From the human T2T-CHM13v2.0 reference genome, Homo sapiens, in assembly GCF_009914755.1 (NCBI RefSeq), contig NC_060930.1: 64,000 bases of DNA, one strand, 5' to 3'. The position numbers and the translations under genes are program-made. Positions 56,119 through 64,000 of the stretch are shown here, piece by piece (the stretch's first letter is position 1; each line of letters begins with the position of its first letter). The notes beneath the pieces are model-generated. The model ran no database searches and was not told where the DNA came from. It worked only from the letters and a program-made list of their open reading frames with translations.

Positions 56119-56850
56119 AGAAGTAATCATTTACTACTTTCTTTATTTCCACTTAGAATGTGAGATGAGTAGAAACAATCTCCTAAAACCAGAAACATTA
56201 AACTTTATTTTATATAAAATCATAAGTGGATCCTGAAGAAAACCATAAAGTGAATTCTGAAGAAAACCATAGTTGTTTATCTTCAAATTCTACATAAACC
56301 AAATACCGTATTTCTCCAAGTTACAATTTTATTTCTCTGAAAAACATATACAATTTTATGTTGACGGATTTGATAGCAGTGAAAAAACTTTCAGTTTACT
56401 AGAATGAGACCTGCAAACCCCTATAAAGTAGCAAGTTTAGAGGCCGAGATGAAGGAAAGTTGGGAAAACTCAAACCAAGAGCTTCTATTTTCTCTGTGCT
56501 ATAGAAGAAGGTATCTTCCATGGGTCTTCTAGCAGTTAGTATCATGGTAAACATTAAGTGTTTAATAAATGTTTGTTAAATGAATTAATCTGAGCATGAA
56601 GGGTGGTGTGGACATGCAGGAAGAAGGGATGCACCTTGAGGAGCGTTGAACAGCTGCTGTGATGTGTCCAGTGTTGTATTAGAAACCATTATGGAGTATA
56701 TATGCTCATATGTGGTTTCTGCCCTTAGTGCTTTTTAAAGAGAATATTGGTAGACTTTCATTTCTGACAACATGGTGAGCTAAATATCTTGGATCACTCT
56801 CCTTCTAAAGCAATCCAAAATGCTGGATCTTTTTTTATAAAATCTAAATA

Positions 56851-57142
<292 letters not shown>

Positions 57143-58862
57143 TAAACCTTTTTAAATGCATTGCCAATTCGGCAAGAATGAAAAGAATTCAGAAAAGCCA
57201 AAACTTGGGTAATAACAGAAATCCTGGGAAGTAAGCAAGCACTAAAATCAGCTTTAAGTATACCTGCCCATGCCCTGGTGACCTGGAACTGTTATTTTGA
57301 TGGCTACACAGGGACAGAGACACAAGAGATAGGCCTAGGGCCTCCCAAGGTGAAGATTCAGAGAGAAGTTCCCCATGCAAATATGGAACCTCAAAGAGTT
57401 AGACCATAAATGTAATGGTGAATAAGAAATTAGCCCTCTTTGCAGAGCAATTACGGCAAGAAGATATGCTTATTTTCCCATTTGTGCTAAAGGCCGAGGT
57501 GGGAGGAAGGGATCACAGAATTTCATCCTGATGCTTCATAATTACATCAGTTGACCCCTAGATAGTTATGGAACCTAATTAACTCTGTCTTTGTGATCTA
57601 CAAAATGTGAGGCAAAGAATTAAATGTAAAGTGATCCTGGATTGGAATTGTTCTCAGATGGCTGACAGAAACCAACACAAATTCTCTCTGGAGGAACACA
57701 GCTTCTACTCAATTTACAGATAATCTCCATATATAATGTTCCAAGAAACATGAATATACAGTAAAAAAACCTAAAACTTATAAGAAAACAAATGATAAAT
57801 GGGAATCTGAAGGAACAAGAGACAGAAGAATCAGACCTACAAAAATTTCAGATACAGGAATTATCACAGGCAGAATGTAAAATAATTATGTTTACTATAT
57901 TTAAAGAAAAAAAGCGATTGAAAGTATAAGAACAAAAGACTTTTAAAATGACCAAAGGTTTTTTTAAAAAATTGTGAAGCAGAATCTCTAGAATTGAAAA
58001 ACATAATTAAAATTTAAAACTCAATGAAGACTTTAAATAGCAGATTAGTCACATCCAAAGAGAGAATTATTAAACTAAAACAGTATATTCAGATAAGTTA
58101 TCCTTGCATCTCATTTCTGGACTTCAGTTAAAAAAAAAGAAAAAAAGAACAAATAAGTTATCCAGAAGACAGGACAGAGAGAGAATAGATGAAAAATATG
58201 AAAGAAGGGTTAGGAGCTAAAGTAAGACTATTTACTATATCTTTAATCAAAATTCCAGAAGGAGACACAAAGAGAATGAAGCAGAGGCATTAACTAAAGT
58301 TTTCTGTAATTATTGAAAGGTTCAAATATTCATATTCAGGGAGTCAAATGAATCTTAAGAAGAAAAAAAAACAAAGAATAACCACCTTAGGATATCGTAG
58401 TGATTCTGCGATACAAAATAGGCACATAACAAAAAATCAAAAGAAATTAGTGGGAAAACACGTATTACCCACAAAGAAAAGACAATTCAATTAATGACTG
58501 ATTTCTCAAAAGGAACATTACAAACCAGAAAACAGTGGACTAAGATCTTCAATGTGTTTTGAAAATAGTTGTCAATATGGAATTTGTGCCTGGCAAAATT
58601 ATCTTTCTAAAGAATGAGTACAAAATGAGAGCGTTTACCACCAACAGAAGTTCATTAAAGGAAATTTTAAGAACTTGGCTCAGACAGAAAAAAAAAAAAA
58701 TTGACGAATGATAGTCTGAGGGGCAAGAAGGAATGGTGAATGAAGACACTGGTAACTATGTGATAAATATTTTAAATGACTACAGGAAACAATAATGACA
58801 CTGTCTGATTGTGGAATGTATGATTCATATAGAACTAGAATACTAGAAAATAATAGAATGTA

Positions 58863-59652
<790 letters not shown>

Positions 59653-59757
59653 TCAGGGAAAATGAAATAAAGAAAAAGAGTATTCATCTAAAAGAAAGAG
59701 TTTTTAAACAGCATGACACAAAGAAAGCACAAAATTATGTGATAAAAATCTAATTAA

Positions 59758-60058
59758 GGCTAGGAGCAGTGGCTCATGCCTATATTCCAGCACTTTGGGA
59801 GGCTGAGGTGGGAAGATCACTTAAGCTTAGGAGTTTGAGACTAGCCTGGGCAATGTGGCAAGACTCTGTCTCTACCAAAATTACAAAAAAAATAGCCGGG
59901 CATGGTGGTGCATGCCTGTGGTCCCAGCTACTCAGGAGGCTGAGGTGGGAGGATCTCTTGAGCAGGGGACTGGGGGAGGCTGCAGTGAGCTGAGATCACA
60001 CCACTGCCCTGCAGCCTGAGTGGCAGAGCAAGACCCTGTCTCAAAAAGAAAAAAAAAA
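59758..60058 (+). mobile_element. AluJ
   Basis: Dimer. TSD aaaaatctaatta. Confidence 0.9.
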
Positions 60059-60372
60059 TCTAATTAGGTCATTAATCACAATAAATAAATGGGTTAAATG
60101 CATCAAGTGAAAGAAAAAGGTTGTCATATGGAAGGAAAACCCCAGCTCTGTCCTGTTTACAAGGGACACACCAAATACTAATGGATATAGAGGCTACTGT
60201 TTCACATCCACTAGGATGGCTATAATAGTTTAAAAGAAAAAAATAAGTCTTGGTGGGAATGTGGAGAAATTTGAACCCTCATACATTACTGGTGGGAATG
60301 TAAAATGGCGCAGCCTCTTTGGAAACAGTTGGCAACTCCTCAAAAAGAGATAGGATATCATATACCCAGCTA

Positions 60373-60727
<355 letters not shown>

Positions 60728-61009
60728 CATAGATTCGCATACAAAAAAACTGTGTATAACATGTTAAAAAACATGTTGACATATGTTATACATGAATGTT
60801 CATAGAAGCATTATTCATAATAGCCAAAAAGTAGAAACAACTCATGTGTCCATCAATTGATGAATGGTTAGAGCACAAAATGCGGTAAATCCATGCCATG
60901 GAATATTAGTCAGCCATAAATACAGAAGGAAAAAAACCCTACAAACTGGAAGGTGATATTAGCAAACTGTACAACCAATTAAGGACTATTACTGAGGATA
61001 TATAAAGAA

Positions 61010-62940
<1,931 letters not shown>

Positions 62941-63800
62941 AACATTTGAATAGGCTCTTAACAAAAGAAGTAATCTAAATAACCAATAAACATATGAAAA
63001 GATGTTCACTTCATTAGAAATCAGAGAAATTCAAACTAAAACCTCCAATATTTGCCACAGGATTGACAAAAATTAAGAAATAACAAACCTAGTTCATCAA
63101 GAATGCAGAAAAACAGGAACTCTCATCCACCACTGGTGAAACTATAAATAGGGACAACCACATTGGAAATTATTTGGCATGTCCTATAAAGTTGAATATG
63201 TGTGCACCCTCAATCCCAACAATTCTTCTACTTTGTACATATCCTAGGGAAACTCCTGCACATGTGCATCAGGAGACATCTACAATAATGTTTGTAGAAG
63301 CATTCACATAAATGGAAAAAAACAATCCTGATGTGGCACCACCATAGAACGGATTAATAAATAATGATACACTAATGCAATGGAATACCATGCAGCAGTG
63401 AAAATCAACTCAGCAGCATGCGTCAACATGGAAGACTCTTACAAACACAATGTTGAACCAATTAAGCAAGACACAGAAGAGTTCACATACTATAATCCCA
63501 CTAGTATAAAATTCAAATGCCCACAGAACTAAATAAGTCACTGTTTAAGGATCCAAAGTGGTGAGTAAGGAACAGTTATAGATACGCATTCAGGATAGTG
63601 GTGACCCATCGGGATGTAGACTGGGGAATAAAGGGGGTGGGACCTAGCGGGAGCACACTGGGTTACTGCAGGAAAATGGTAATCTCTCATTCTTGAGCCA
63701 GGGGGAGTGGTACGTCTTTGTATTATTGTTAATGCTTTATGCTGTTCACATACGTTTACAAATATTCCTGTTACGTATTATTTAGTAACAATTTTTTTCT
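62941..63800 (+). mobile_element. Old L1M 3' fragment
   Basis: aaacatatgaaaagatgttcacttcattagaaatcagagaaattcaaactaaaacc, and caatggaataccatgcagcagtgaaa. Confidence 0.7.
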
Positions 63801-63877
63801 TCAAAAAGAAGATGAATAAGCTAATTCTCATTTAGAAGGAAGAAAGTGGGAGGGAGGAAAAAAGGAAGGAGAGGAAG

Positions 63878-64000
63878 GACTGGGCGCGGTGGCTCACGCC
63901 TGTAATCCCAGCACTTTGGGAGTCCGATGCGGGCAGATCACAAGGTCAGGAGATCGAGACCATCCTGGCTAACACAGTGAAACCCCGTCTCTACTAAAAA
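63878..64000 (+). mobile_element. AluY-like left arm (cut by window end)
   Basis: gagatcgagaccatcctggctaacac. Confidence 0.88.

Overview
Human-type genomic DNA, AT-rich and dense in repeats, covering the 5' end of DCDC2 (minus strand, 6p22). It contains the first coding exon (47417-47709, first doublecortin domain), the 55-nt second coding exon (43526-43580), about 43.5 kb of the next intron and about 16 kb upstream. The antisense KAAG1/RU2AS ORF (47599-47853, +) overlaps the first coding exon codon-for-codon. Two CpG islands flank a ~915-bp almost pure A/T tract, and the distal island carries a canonical RFX X-box. The rest is Alu, L1, L2, LTR and DNA-transposon sequence plus a U6 retropseudogene. 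Main observation: an Alu that has lost its 3' end begins abruptly at ~17537 and no READ1-type compound STR is visible in the intron, so this looks like the DCDC2 intron-2 (READ1/BV677278) deletion haplotype. Other points: an in-frame CUG in strong Kozak context upstream of the DCDC2 AUG, several local duplications (one pair flanks exon 2), a palindromic 31-bp minisatellite inside a MER63, a twin-primed L1 and an ERV-L gag remnant. I found no supportable novel multi-gene system. Other ORF-track entries are repeat-derived or chance. Repeat subfamilies were assigned by eye and boundaries of old repeats are approximate.
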